Source: Octopus bimaculoides (Eukaryota). From it: DNA of 64,000 nt. Below are positions 1 to 29,624 of the stretch, piece by piece. The notes under the pieces were generated by a model, which was not told the origin of the DNA, searched no databases, and saw only the letters and a list, made by a program, of their open reading frames with translations. The first letter of the stretch is position 1. Every line of letters starts with the position of its first letter. Both the position numbers and the translations under genes were made by a program. The stretch covers positions 129,411,677-129,475,676 of the forward strand of contig NC_068982.1 in assembly GCF_001194135.2 (NCBI RefSeq). The letters are read 5' to 3'.

Positions 1-751
1 TTGGCTCAGTGATAGAACAAGATACATAAAGTTGGTTTTTAGTTTAAATTATTGCAAGTATGTTGTTCAGAAAACCATACACAGGATCCAAAAAGGAGCA
101 GTTCTACAAGGAAGGGTTGCTTAAATTTTTTGTCTAAATCTGTTGGGATGAAACAGATGAAAGGTAATGTGTATTGTACAAAGAGTGAGACTACGTGGAT
201 ATATAATATAACTAACATATTTGGAAAATATATCGAAGGGAGAGAGTGGTGGGGGAAGAGCAGATAAATGTGAACAATAGGAGAATCATTGCCAAACCAG
301 CAAAGTTTTCTTTTAGTTATTGATTAAGAATGGGTGTGTTTATATTTGTGAGATGGATACACTATTACTGATGTGTAACAGTATGGTATAGAAAATAATT
401 AGTAATGGGCTAGCAATTAATCAGAATTGAAGTATTTTTGGATTCCACAGAGGAAAAAAGGTAAAATAAGTGTTACATGTCCACTATTTCATTTAAAGAA
501 CGAAGAAACATGCCTTCAGATGTTCTTTGATCAAAATAGAAACAATTAAATCAGAAACAATAAAATACACATAAGAAATGAAATATGTAAATATGGATTA
601 GAATTAAGAGGAGTAGTAACAGAAAGAAAACCTCAGATCAATGTAGAATTTCTTTAAACAATTATTTATCTGAATATGAAGATAATTTTACAAAGGAGAA
701 ACTAAATTTTAAAACAAATATTCCAAAAACTGAAACAAAATATCAACAAAC

Positions 752-3700
752 CATCTTGTTATGGTATCTTCAACAGCATTAGTTAAAGCATGGCCTAAAT
801 GAAGGGAACCAGTTACATTTGGTGGAGGAATGACCATAATGAATTTTTCAGGTGGTGAACCTCCTTTGTTTTGAGACTGAAAAAATAACAATTAACATAA
901 AGAATTTGTGATCTTGTGAGAATTAAGTATTGATATTTTATTCTTTATTTCTTTTTAAAGTTAATAGTTTTCATTTTTTTAAATAACATCAAAGATTGTG
1001 ATCCGGTTACTATATACCAGTAAGTTTCATAAAGCAGTAGTGTGACAATTAATTTTAAAAAAACCTCTAATTCAGCACCAGTGAGTAGTCAGAAAAAAAA
1101 ATGGATGAACGAGAGTTATTGTCTAAAATTAATAATATACATTTGGCAAGTTAATAATGTAAAGACAGAAGAGTAGATGAGAAAAAAATATTGTCACAGA
1201 TATATACATATTTACATTCTATTAAGTTAGCAAGAACATTCTATATTATTAAAACTTATTGTTTATACAACATTATTGAAAGAATAAGGTAGCAAAATTG
1301 GTTGCAATGATGGACTAAAAACTCCCTATCTAAACTATGCTAGCATAAAAATAAAAGTTTTTAAAATTGAAGCATAAACAACTTACTAAAGCATATTCTG
1401 GCTTGAAATAGCCACATTTAACCCACCAGTCATACCAAGCAGCTTCCACATACTGTGGGCTGTATGCATCTGGCATAGAACATTTGGTATCTGAATAAAG
1501 AAAAAAAAAAAGAAATTCTAAAAAAAAAATCTAGTTTTTAGACTGGAATGTTTTTCAAAGGGGGTTCCATGAAAATAAATTGGGGAGTTCTATAAAATAA
1601 GGGATCTTTTAATAAAACTGTAAAAAAACTTATTCTATAAAAAAAAAAATTCATTATTTCAAAGTAATGAATAAATTTTTGTTCCATTTAAGGTCTTACT
1701 AGATTAGTAGGGGTGTCTGCAAAATATTGATAAGGGTTCAGTGATTTAAAAAAAATCGGAACCCGTGGAAGAGGTAGGCCCAGGAAGACCTGGGCTGAGG
1801 TGGTGAGGCAAGACCTTCGTACATTGGGCCTCACCGAGGCGATGACTACTGACCGAGACCTTTGGAAATGTGCTGTGCGTGAGAAGACCCGGCAAGCCAA
1901 GTGAGATCGTTGCCAGTGCCCCTGGACTGGCTCTTGTGCGGGTGGCACATGAGATGCACCATTTTGAGCGTGGCCGTTGCCAGTACCGCCTGACTGGCTC
2001 CCGTAGGATTTTCGAGTGAGATCGTTGCCAGTGCCCCTGGACTGGCTTGTGCGGGTGGCACATAAAAGACACCATTTCGAGCGTGGCCGTTTTCGTGCGG
2101 GTGACATGTAAAAGCACCCACTACACTCTCTGAGTGGTTGGCGTTAGGAAGGGCATCCAGCTGTAGAAACTCTGCCAAATTAGATTGGAGCCTGGTGTTG
2201 CCATCCGGTTTCACCAGTCCTCAGTCAAATCGTCCAACCCATGCTAGCATGGAAAGCGGACGTTAAACGATGATGATGATGATGATGATATAAGGGTTCC
2301 TCAACAAAATAAGTTTGGCAACTGCTGCACTAATGGGCCTCACAAGAAATTACTATTAATGGTTTTCATTGTTTTATTTGCTTGAATACATTGGTTTTCT
2401 GTTTATAGTACACACATTGCACTGTTCTACTATGATGTTATTTTGTGATGAACCTTAAGACTAATAATGTCTTAGTTTTTATTTAGGATTCATTTGAGGA
2501 GTTTCAACTTCACTGGTTGGTTAGGGTTAGGGTTAGGGTTAGGGTTAGAAGTTAAAGTTTAAAAGATTAAGATTCTGTAAAATGTCTAAAGCAAACACTG
2601 CAAAGCTTGCCTTTGATGGTAGATTACTTCAATCGGGCCTTAAACAATTTTAAATTCGTTTGCAAGTAGGATGCTAATAAATTTAATTAGAAGCAAAGCC
2701 TGTTAGAATAATTAGGAAGAAATGGTTGTTACTTGACGAATGATACAAACAAAAATGCAGTCTAAATTATTCTGAAATGCTAGGTTAGGAAATAACAAAT
2801 AAGAGTGTTGTTAATGGATAGCTAACTGTCATCATGGCCAAGCATGGTTCAGTAACCTTTACCATGCTTTTGCTAGTCGTTTTCAATGACTATATAGTTG
2901 TGAGCAGACACAAACACTTTCTCAGCCCCAAGTGTGCTGCATCAGTACTCTGGCTGGTGCTCATATTCAGCTGAGTAGACTGGAGTAATCTCAAATGAAA
3001 TGTCTTGCTCAGGGGCACAATGCACTAACTAGTACAAGAATCAAACATGACTTTACAACTGTGATTCGAACATCCTAACTACTAGACCACTGACTTTTAC
3101 ACATTCTGTTTATAATACAGTAAGAAGTTATAGATTGGGATTTGAATAAAAGATTAAGAATTTTAAGATTAACAAAATATAAAAAGAGCTGGAATAAATA
3201 TAAATAAAGAACACCATCAATTCACACCTGCCTTCTTTTAGAAGACAGACTTGTAATGGTGTTAAGCTAGATCCTCTCTAAATTCCTTCATGTAACAGTT
3301 TGATTGATTTTGCTTTTTCATAATGAATATAATTCAATACAATAATTGAAAGATTTAGAAATAAATATCAATAAATATAACCTGACAATATTCAGAATTT
3401 TGTAGCTGTAAAATATTCTGCAATAACAACACTTTTATTTTTAGAAAGAAAATTGAATAAAAGCTTCCTTACCTTTTTTCTCACCCTTTGGCGTTTGAAC
3501 ATCATAGGTTATAATGGCTCGGTCTTTTACCTTCTTTTCTTTTTTCTTCTATAATTAAAGAAAGAGATTGTGAGTAAACACATGACCATCATCATCATCA
3601 CCATCATTTAATGTCCATTTTCCATGCTGGCATGGGTTGGACAGTTTGACCAGAGACCACATTAGGCTCTATTGTCTGTTCTGGCATGGTTTCTACAGGT

Positions 3701-6700
3701 GGATGCCCTTCCTAATGCCAACCACTCCATAGAGTGCACTGGGTGCTTTTTATGCAGCACTAGCGCCAGTGCTTTTAATGTGGCACCATTTAACATCCAC
3801 TTTTCCATGCCAGCATGAATCACATGGAATTTGTTGAGGCAGATTTTCTATAGCCAGATACCATTCCTGTTACCAATCTACACTTGTTTCCAGGCAAAGT
3901 AATATTTCCCCATGACCAGATTATCATTGGAAACGAAGGACACTGTTTGCATTATGGTGACACTTGTTTACAACTATCACATGCTGTCAAGACAGGAAGA
4001 TCATAACACACACACACACACACATGCACACAGAGGCATCTTTCAGTTTCCAGCAACTAAATCCATTCACAAGGTTTTGATTGACTCAAAGCTATAGTAA
4101 AAGACACTTGCCCAAGATGTCCTCTAGTATGAAGATTGTTTTTTACAGTCACCTTGACTGGGATTGAATAGGTAAGAGGATTCTAATTTGGACAGTTAGA
4201 GTTCTTGCAGGCTGTGCAAAGCTTTGCAATTGTAATCATTTTTGAGATGGTTAAAAATTACCTCCTAACTGGGTATGATTGATGATTTTTTTTCCAAGTA
4301 ATGTAAGAAGTATTCTTCGTTTGTATTGCAGCACTTGTGTAAGTGATGTTTTTTGTAAGCCTGCAGTATTGAGTTCAAATTCTGCCATGATGGTGGCTTG
4401 GTATTGGATGGGATTTGTCAATCTACCTTATGTTAGACATTACATGATGATTATAGATTTATAGGACTGAATTTAACTTTCTCCAGTGAACAAATTGTTA
4501 AATAGGATGCAAAACAAATTACAGTAAAAAAATATGCTGAGAATTATAAGGAAATCTCAATGAATCACAAAAAAATAAAAATTGTTTTTCTCTACCGAGA
4601 AATTTTTTGTCATAATTGAATTAAAATATGAAATTTAAGCAGGTGACTGTTATTGTGTGGCCTTAATTAACACTGATCATCATCATCATCATCATCGTTT
4701 AACGTCCGTTTTCCATGCTAGCATGGGTTGAACGATTTGACTGAGGACTGGTGAACCAGATGGCTACACCAGGCTCCAATCTGATTTGGCAGAGTTTCTA
4801 CAGCTGGATGCCCTTGGAACATAGGTAGTTGGTCAAACAACTGGATGCATTCTAGATATCTGGTATTTTAGACACCATGCTTCTAATTGATTGAAGATCT
4901 TACTTCACATTCCAATATGCAGTTTTTGTTGTGTTTTTATTTTTTTGTAATATCTGTAGGTTCCGGTGTACATAGTCAAAGCATACACAAGAACCTATAC
5001 ACCAATTGTCCTCTAATGAGGCAGGTATGTGGCAATGTACAGATCAATGAAAAAGAAGATAGAAGCCTTTCGAGAAGTGGATCTTTCATGGATTGGGCAA
5101 AATAAGCTAGAAAGACAGAGTAACAAACACTGTAGTACAAGAACAGCTGAAAGTCCAAACACACCTAATGTTGAGTGCACAAAGCTATTGTATTATGGAG
5201 ATACACGAGTCATTGTACAGGAAGTGTGGAGAGGGAAGACAGCAAGAGGCCATCAAAGACATTTGAGGACTAATGACATCAGAGACTGGACTGGACTGGA
5301 AACAAGAGCCTGGCTGGTTGTATGCATGCAACACAACACAAGAGAATCAGAGAGTTTTGCAAGCCAAACTCTGGGCACAGGGAGGGCACCTGACTAATGA
5401 GATTCTTGTGATGGCTATAACAGAAGCAGGCAAAGTAACTACAGCTAGAGCACAACACAGGGCTTGAAGCTAAGGAGATTATTGATATTGTTATTTTTTG
5501 TTTGTCTTCATATTTTGGGACTAAGTAAATGGGATGGTATTCCTGCGATAGTGTGGTGCTAGGGGTCTAAGCATGACTAAACATGTAGTGCCAAGCACTG
5601 AGATCAAGAGCTTATTGCAGCAACAAACTGTGCTTTTCACACATTTAGATGGTCTTTCAATTTGAATATTTTTATTGCTGTTTTGACTACCAGAAATAAT
5701 GCAAAGCATGTTGCTTTGTGTTCTTTATATTTTGTTGTAGAAAAAAGAGGGTCTCAGACAGGAATGGCATAATCCATAATGGATTTACTATATTGAGTGT
5801 AGCATTTGGTTCACGTTAGGAAGGACATTTCGCCATATAAACCATACCAAAGCAGACACTGGAGCTTGGTGTAGTCCTCTTGCTTGTGGGCTCCTGTCAA
5901 ACAGTACCAACCCTTGTTGGCATGGAAAACGGACGTTAAACGACGACAATAATTAGTGTTTTTGTTACTTTATGTTTGCCAAATGTGGTGGCTACCAAAA
6001 TACCTACTTTTAGTGTGTTCATGCATTGTTTGACTACGTCTTCATAGACCTTGCGAATACTGTAGTATTGTTAGTAATTCCTATCACCATTTTCTTCTGT
6101 ATGTGCGTGTTATGTATTTGTAGTTGAACGTGGGTAGTTTGTACTTTATGTTGTCTTGAATGGGAGTGCATTTTGTAAGATGGAACTTCTAGGGGCTTGA
6201 TGTAGGGTCGGAGTTGTAAAACTACGTCTTGGGATGATGAGAGGAAACTCAAGCGATCTCTCAACTTGCCAGAAATAGCAGCTAAATCTCATTTAAATTA
6301 CTCTCTGTAGTCTGAAAAAAGGAAATATATATATTACGCGTGGAAACTATTTCCCCATATGTTCTGATCATATTGATTTCATTGAAGTGAAGACGATGCT
6401 AATTTTAAAGGCAAGAATATTCTAGTTGGTGTGTAAATGTGTATTTTAAAGATTCCAGATGAATGAAAAGTAGTGTTGATCTTCATGAAATTTGAACAGA
6501 CGTTATTAATTAGATTCTAGAATTGATAAAACATGCAACATCTTAGATCTCAATACCCGTTCATATTAATTACTGAATTAGCAACGGATGCTAAATTTAC
6601 AAAATTATTCTAAACTATCGTACATGATGAATTTTCATATAACTATATGAATGATAAAGCAATTTTAACTCAGACACAAACGAAAAGAGCAGGAAATATA

Positions 6701-7052
6701 GGGAATTGTATAAACTATGTACACGTGAATTTCAGTAGCATTTCATTTTACCGGTGCTTTGAGGTTATAATGAATTAATGTTATCCGGGTAATTTAATAC
6801 TTTAGACAAAAAATATTTTAGAAATTAATTGAAAACGAAAGCAGTTTAATTAACAATTACTATCTGAATGTTTCTTCTTACCTCGCTATTGTCATCTTTC
6901 TTGGCCTGTAATTTCTCTTGCTTAGCTTTGAATTTTTCAAGTTTAGCCTGCTTTTGGGCTTCCTTTTTCAGCTGGGCAGCTGTTTTAGGTTTCGGTGCTC
7001 CGTCCATGACATCGCCAGACGACGGAGGAGCTTCCACAGAAATATCTGCCAT
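752..7052 (-). CDS. VARS1: Valyl-tRNA synthetase, cytosolic type; 5' part only, gene continues beyond window position 1
   Basis: Coding exons 7052-6882 (MADISV...DDNSE), 3548-3473 ([25 protein letters not shown]), 1490-1387 ([35 protein letters not shown]), 876-752 ([42 protein letters not shown]). All introns GT-AG with consistent phases. [15 protein letters not shown] is the class I HIGH region of ValRS. An acceptor at 7060-7061 implies a further 5' exon. Confidence 0.95.
1763..2288 (+). mobile_element. 5'-truncated RTE-clade LINE (end of RT ORF, 3' UTR, (GAT)n tail)
   Basis: Encodes [46 protein letters not shown]. Ends ...ccaacccatgctagcatggaaagcggacgttaaacgatgatgat, the same tail as many other copies in the window. 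Confidence 0.9.
2519..2548 (+). repeat. Interstitial telomeric repeat (GGTTAG)x5
   Basis: ggttagggttagggttagggttagggttag read directly, in a VARS intron. Confidence 0.9.
3587..3790 (-). mobile_element. Diverged RTE LINE 3' end
   Basis: Starts with (CAT)n, then the reverse complement of the family tail (tttccatgctggcatgggttggac...ggatgcccttcctaatgccaaccactcc). Confidence 0.75.
4678..4815 (-). mobile_element. Young short RTE LINE 3' end
   Basis: (CAT)n followed by a near-exact reverse complement of 2155-2288. Confidence 0.9.
4940..5400 (+). mobile_element. Old RTE (BovB-like) LINE RT C-terminal remnant
   Basis: ORF 5029-5397 contains KKIEAF..., [16 protein letters not shown] and NDIRDWTGL, resembling the RTE C-terminus, with apparent frameshifts or deletions. 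Confidence 0.55.
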
Positions 7053-8729
7053 TATTTCACTATCAATTAAATAAGTAATATCGATTTAACACCGGCTTTC
7101 GAACCAACACATTCAACAATACACCGACGTCAACACATAAAACACCACGAAGAGACGTGATGCACTCAATCAAACTTTCTGAAGAAAACTTCAATTCATA
7201 AAAACAATCATTAAAATCATTTATGATTTTCCAGGAATGATCAATAAAATAATAACTAAATTTAAATATAAACAATCAATTTAGAAGACTAACAAAAATA
7301 CTGAAACAGTCTGATCATATCGTTACTTTCAGTTTATAATTAGTTAATATTTTTCATTTTTATATAATCATTAACTAAGTTAAAAATATCTAAAATCATA
7401 AATTAGCATTTGATGTGTGATGATTTATATGAAAATAAAACTTTTTTTTCATTCTAAATAATCATAATAATTTACAGAAAAAAAAGCTCTTGCTTGTTAA
7501 TTTGAAATATCAAGTTAATTAAAATCAATTAAATTAAATACTTACAATGCTAGTTTCTAACTAAAGGTACAACAAATATAAATCAAACATCAAGAGCAAT
7601 TTTAATTTATGAAACAATTTTAGAGTTACACCGCCTTAATAATGAAATTTCTCTCTTTAATTGCGTCAGCTTCTCAGGTCGGTCATTTCAGATAACTTTA
7701 TCAGACTAATATCTTAGATTTTGATTTGCAACACGAGTATGGGACAAATCCCGCATACCTCACATTTAAAGAATACATTAAGTAATTAAAAGTAAAAAAA
7801 AAAAAAAATCAAAATAAATACGTAAATTTTCGAATGGAAAAATCATTAAATGATTAATTATTTAGTTTTATTAGTAATAAATGCACCCATGAAATGAAAT
7901 TACAAGTGCGCAGGGTGTTCGCTAAAGGTAATTATTTCAGTCTCAGGAAATATCATCTGGTCCTATTATTTATATAACATTAGCAGCAGTGGGAGTGGAT
8001 AAGGAAACCAAGATATCGAAGATCCAGCATGGCCTAGGAAAGCAACGATTATCAAAAGAATTGAAGCAAAGAAGCATATGGAGAAATGAGGGAAAAGTTT
8101 AAAAACAAAAAACACTTAAAATTTCTTGTTCACGAGAGATAGTGAAGAGCGGCGACGGTGAAATAACAGAATAAAGCATTATAAGTATTGTACTGTAACA
8201 TACATTAGCACTTGCATCATAAATTTGTAACTCAGTATTTATATTTAAATATATACATATTTGAGATAATTTAGTGAAAAACTATGGAATTTACAAAAGC
8301 CAACAGTGAGAGAAAGAAGAAAAGAGTTTTTAAAAAATTACAATCTTCCACTTGTGTCTTTCGAGACATTACTGATCGCTGAACCACTGACCAGCAAGTT
8401 TTTTTTTTTAAATTTTTTATTTCGTAAGCGCACCCCTACCTGGGGGTAAAACCCTGTAGTTATGCCCCTACAATCACTAAATTATTAAATGATGTTCTGA
8501 TGATTGCTCAGCTGTTCCAGTTCCTCAACTCGCAATCATCCTCCGAACATCAGTTTCCCCTGGCGCATTGTATAATAGATGGTGTGTGCATGCTTTTATT
8601 GTAGTTATTTATTTATTGATTTTTTCTCTCTCCCATGTTTACGTTATGTAAAATGTGTTCTTTTTCACTAAATTAGAGCAAACTCTCCATTTTACAAGAG
8701 AACAACAATCATAAACATGAGCTAATAAA

Positions 8730-9450
8730 AGTTCATTTTACTTCTGTCTGATATTCAGAATTTCGTCCAAGGTATTCTGTTCATTGAGCACATAGTTTAC
8801 AAGTTCTTTAAACGTTGTTACTACACCTTTGCTATACATTTTATTCTCTCTTACAGGTTCACCACGAGAATTTGTTAATACATGCACGAGTTTGGTCCTT
8901 TCCAATACTTTCAATAGCTTCACAAGTATTGAGTGATCGTGTGTCACAAATTCATTAAAAGCAACATTTCAACCTTCGCAAAGGTTGCTGATGCTAGCCT
9001 CCTCATCAATGAAAGTTTTTAAAAGGAATCGTTGAAGATTTTTTGTGAGATAGAAATATTTAATTTATTAACACTTACTAGATTTATATTGAGTTACTAC
9101 TGACACGGAGAGAATGTTCTTTGGTAGACAAAAGACCACAGCGTATATTTATGTATGCGTATGCGATAATATGGATTCAACCATTCATAAAAAGTGTGTG
9201 TGTGTGTGTTCGAGGTACGTTTACGTGCTTGATATTATATTTTGACAAACTACCGAGATGAATTTGTCGAAATTGACAACATTTGATGATGTTGATAGTT
9301 GTGACAACCAGGGCAAAGTAGACGCTGTGGGGTTGTGGCGACAGTCTTGTTATTGTTGCTGCTTGAAGCCAGCAACGATATGTATGGTTTCGAATGCCAA
9401 GCAACTGACTCATGATCTCTTTGTATATTTTGATAATAGACTTTAACAAG
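8730..9450 (-). mobile_element. Decayed Mutator-like (MULE) transposase remnant
   Basis: Minus strand reads SISNLCEG*NVAFNEFVTHDHSILVKLLKVLE (TGA at the Trp position), resembling the MULE RTNNxCEGWN...HPxIxxL motif. Upstream fragments GCH...HQ and RQIHLG..SKY resemble GCxFHxxQ...RxIxxLGL. Confidence 0.5.
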
Positions 9451-10442
9451 TTGAGTCATGAACAGAAGAGTCAAGATAAAACACTTGACTGAGTGATTTA
9501 ACTCAAATAAACTTTTGGGTAACTAAAGTATTATAAAGATAACTAAAGTAATATAAAGATCAAAAAGTAATATAAAGATGCATTTTTCCTTTAACAATTT
9601 TACTGATGTTTCAAGGTTTCACAAGTTCGGATTTCGAATCCAGTTTAAACTTCCTCTTACGGCAAAGCTGACAGTGGCAAGATTTGAACTCAAGACATAA
9701 AAGACTGTAACACAGATCCTTCACTTCCTTCAGTAATGGCCCACTTTGGATAGTCTTGATATATCTACTCTTGGTCGACATGCGTATCATATCTTACAAA
9801 TTAAGGACAACTCGGTTTAGTCCCCCGACCCGTCCACTTCCATTGGCAATACCTGTGTCAGCAAAAGTTAAATAAAGAATGACATAAAAGACTACCTAAA
9901 AATCATCAACAGTTCAATGGCCAACAAAGACAGTAAATTTCAAAACTCTTCTGGAAAAGTTCAATACCCACAAAGGACACTTCAGCGGCCCCTGCACTTA
10001 ATAATACTAAGCTCTAGATGCATCCACCAAACAAAATATCTGTTCGAGACCTTCATAGATTGTGAGGCGTAACATTTGTAGCGACTTGAAAAGTTTTAAT
10101 TACGTGTTGTTCCGACTTGGTAGTTCACGAAGTTTCTGTTCATGGAAGTAGTACAGGTTTAGTGAAAGGTATCTATGTTGCATATGGATTATGCCTGTAT
10201 ATTGAAGGTTAAAAAATGAAAACCGACATTAGCTGCATGTAAGTTTTTAAAAGTAGTAGAAAGTATGCAGGTATAGGCCTGCGATTTTGAGTAAAGTGAG
10301 TTCTATCCCAGTTGGAGGAAAATTACTGTTGGTATAAATCGTTCAAGTTCTTTTATTTTATTCTATTTACATGTACATGCATTTACCAGTAAATCACATG
10401 TATATAGCTCTGGTTATTAAAATACTGGATCTTTTCTGTCTG

Positions 10443-12500
10443 TGTTGTGGCGAGAGTCATTGACACCCGTGGGTGATTGGAAGAATGGACAAGCCGAACT
10501 CTTATAGAGAGTAGCATATTGGTTGAGACAGGTCGATAGGAGTCGTTGAGAGGGCGTTTTGGCGTCTCGCGAACTACGTCGTGTGAACATTGCTTTTAGC
10601 TCCGCATCGTCAAATTATATATCCAACGTTTGTCAAAGATATAAAAGTGGCGACGAAATATTCGAAGCTTGCGTCGCTCGTTAATTTTTTTTTTTTTTTT
10701 GTACGAAATCAAAGAAAAATCATTAACATGGAAGACTTATTGGCTTGTGTGGTGCAATTGCAACAACAACCATACCAAGTGGAAGTAATGTTGAAGAAGT
10801 CTGAAAATACTTCGGGTTCGTTCTCGTCAGACGGCGTAGCAAACTCAATTGGATAATTTATTTATAACCCAGAAGAAGGTACTACTTTTTCTGCATATTT
10901 TAGAAGATACGAAGAAATCTTCAAAGAAGAAAGTAAAAATTGGAATGACGAGAAGGTGCGACTACTTCTAAGAAAGTTATCCCCAGCCGAACACGAAATA
11001 TACTGTAATTATATTCTGTCGAAGAAACCAAGTGAGATTTATTTCGATGAAACAATTAATTTGTTATCGAGAATTTTCAGTGAAAGATGTTCCCTGTTCA
11101 TTACTCGTTGGTAGTGTTTAAATTTAGTTAAAAAAGATGACAGAGATTTCGTCACCTATGCTGGGGTCGTTAACAGAAAGTGTGAAAAACTCAAATTAAA
11201 TGAAGTAACCATGTATTTGTTCAAATGTCTCATTTTTGTCCAAGGGTTAACTGCAAGAAAAGATGCTGATATACGTTCCCATATATTAACAAAATTAAAA
11301 CAGGACCAAAAATTAATTCTACAGGCAGTGGCTGAAGAATGCCAGAGGATTATAAATCTAAGATATTATGCGGATAAAATTGAAGGAAAAGGTTGGTCTC
11401 AGATACATGCGTGTCGACTCGAAACGGATAAGAAAAAGGGAAAACGAACGTCAAGACCTAATCCATGCTATGGGTGCGGTGGTTTACATTTTAGAAGTAA
11501 TTGTCCTTTAAAAATCGTAAATGTTTTGAGTGTGGTAACAGTGGAATTTCTACACGAACTTTTCGCTAGGGAAGACGGAGTAGTAACAAAATGAATTGGC
11601 AAAATGACATACATGATTAGAGGCGAAAAATGGGAACATAAAAGACATTTAAACCAGCTAAAAATTAAAAAAATACGGAGACACCCATGGAAGTGTTGTA
11701 CGACACTTTTGATGTTCCAACGTCACAAGAAATCGAACCTAGTCGTCGTAGCAGCACAGGAAAGAGAAAGCAAATAGAACGGTTGGAAATAGTGCCTAAA
11801 CGGAAGAAATATTAAATTTTTCTCGGAAGAAAATCTCAAAAAGGAAGAATGAAAGAAAAATAAATAAATCGCAGGAGTAGCTGTGTGGTAAGTAGCTCGT
11901 TTACCAACCACATGGTTCAGGGTTCAGTCCCACTGCGTGGCACCTTGGGCAAGTGTCTTCTACTATAGCCTCGGGCTGACCAAAGCCTTGTGAGTGGATT
12001 TGGTAGACGGAAACTGAAAGAAGCCCGTCGTATATATTTGTGTGTCTGTGTTTGTCCCCCCAACATAGCTTTACAACCGATGCTGGTGTGTTTACGTCCC
12101 CGTAACTTCGTGGTTCGGCAAAAGAGACCGATAGAATAGGTACTAGGCTTACAAAGAATAAGTTCTGGGGTCGATTTGCTCGACTAAAGGCGGCGCTCCA
12201 GCATGGCCCATAGTCAAATGACTGAAACAAGTAAAAGAGTAAAAGAGAGTAAAGAGAAAATAATATTAATTTCCAACGGAAGTCAATCTCAAAGGGGGAG
12301 ATGTTGTGGCGAGAGTCATTGACACCCCTAGGGGATTGGAAGACAAGACTAGCCGAACTCTTATAAAGAGTAGCGTATTGATTGAGACAGAGGTCGTTGA
12401 GACGGCGTTTTGGCGTCTCGCAAACTACATCGTGTGAACACATTGATTTTTACCTTTGCATCGTTAAATTATATATCCAACGTTTGTCAAGGATATAAAC
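10443..12500 (+). mobile_element. Internally deleted Ty3/Gypsy LTR retrotransposon (Mag/K02A2.6-like)
   Basis: LTRs 10443-10646 and 12302-12500 both start TGTTGTGGCG, about 85-90% identical by eye. PBS tggcgacga follows the 5' LTR, PPT aaagggggaga precedes the 3' LTR, 5-bp TSD gtctg/gtttg. Interrupted gag (TFSAYFRRYEEIF...CYGCGGLHFRSNC zinc knuckle) is joined to an integrase tail (KRHLNQLK). No RT or RNase H recognisable. Confidence 0.9.
11871..12258 (+). mobile_element. tRNA-derived SINE, near full length, nested in the LTR element
   Basis: tRNA-like head (gtggtaag...ggttcagtccc), ccttgggcaagtgtcttctactatagcc core, (gtaaaaga)n tail. Fragments of the same family near 20095-20200, 26335-26500 and 28075-28210. 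Confidence 0.85.
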
Positions 12501-13533
12501 GTTTGGCAACCAAGATTTCCATAATTAAAGTTTATTGAAAATTTTGAAATTTGATACACTAATGTAGTTTTCCAAGCTGAATTGCTGGAATTATTTCACT
12601 TTCTCTAGAAAAATTTTTTTAAAGAAGTTATAGAGGCTTAAAGTTTGATCATTTTCACCCAAAGCTGTAACGGGGTAATTTGGGATTAAATTTCTATAAC
12701 AAGAGGTGTGAAACGGATGAAATCCATAGATGGGAAACTTAAGTGAGTATAAGGCTAATCAAAGACAAAGGCTTTAATGGACATCAACTTCTAAAACATT
12801 GCTTTCGCTCAAATTTTGAAATGGGAGAAACTTTCATATTTTTAATTTGTTCTTTCTTCCTATTTCTTTTCTTTTAATCAATTTATTTTTTCATATAGAC
12901 GTTGTTTTCAATCGTTTTCTAAGTTGAAAAGTCAACTCTTTCGCATAGTTATTTTTCAATGTTGAGTCACAGATTGGTAACTTTTTGTTTAACGGAAGAA
13001 AAATTGAACTGATATCATTCACTGAATGAATGTATTCTTTATATAACAGAATTAATGTCAAATAAAGATCACAGTAAATTAGATTTACAGAAAAAAAAAA
13101 GGAGACTAGTTTCCAAAATTAGAGTTATTTCCCTTAATTGCAGTACATTTACTTAAAGCAGACGATTATATAATTTTTATAATTAAATATATTATTAAAT
13201 ATAGTTTTTATACATAAAATTTTTAATGTAATTGAATCTTTATTTGAATAATTAAGATATTTGACGAAATTTTCAGTATGCAATGGATGATTTAGGCAAT
13301 ATTTAGTTTCGATAATATTACATTGTTTAAAAAAAAAATTAAATGAAATTCTTCTTGAATTATATAAAGGACAAATATCTTAATAAGAAGCAAAAAAATA
13401 TTAGCAATTAAAATTCTGGTTTGAATTATATTTCATAGTTCTTGATATAGTCTTATATGATTAATCCCAGTTACACATTCCTGCACGGAACTTCGAAAGA
13501 GTGCATCACGTGAAGATATTCCCCTCTGTCGGC

Positions 13534-29624
<16,091 letters not shown>

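Noticed and set aside
1688-2214. Recurring ORFs such as MKPDG...[27 protein letters not shown] (also 20474, 21296, 31345)
   Set aside because: Antisense or alternative-frame readings of the RTE 3' UTR; repeated because the repeat is repeated, not a gene family.
7759-7780. Upstream exon giving ValRS an in-frame extension (MYSLNVSEI-MAD) or a mitochondrial isoform
   Set aside because: The donor choice (7758 versus 7545) cannot be resolved, and the extension is too short for a presequence.
9519-9580. Three tandem 19-21-nt units (aactaaagtaatataaagat) as a CRISPR-like array
   Set aside because: No spacers; a simple AT-rich tandem duplication.
11871-11945. tRNA gene
   Set aside because: A and B box-like motifs only; it is the head of a SINE and does not give a cloverleaf.
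13501-13533. GTG starts called by the ORF track for PTGES2 (13501) and PCM1 (57006)
   Set aside because: Eukaryotic genes; ATG 13534 and ATG 56982 fit better, and 57006 lies in the splice acceptor.
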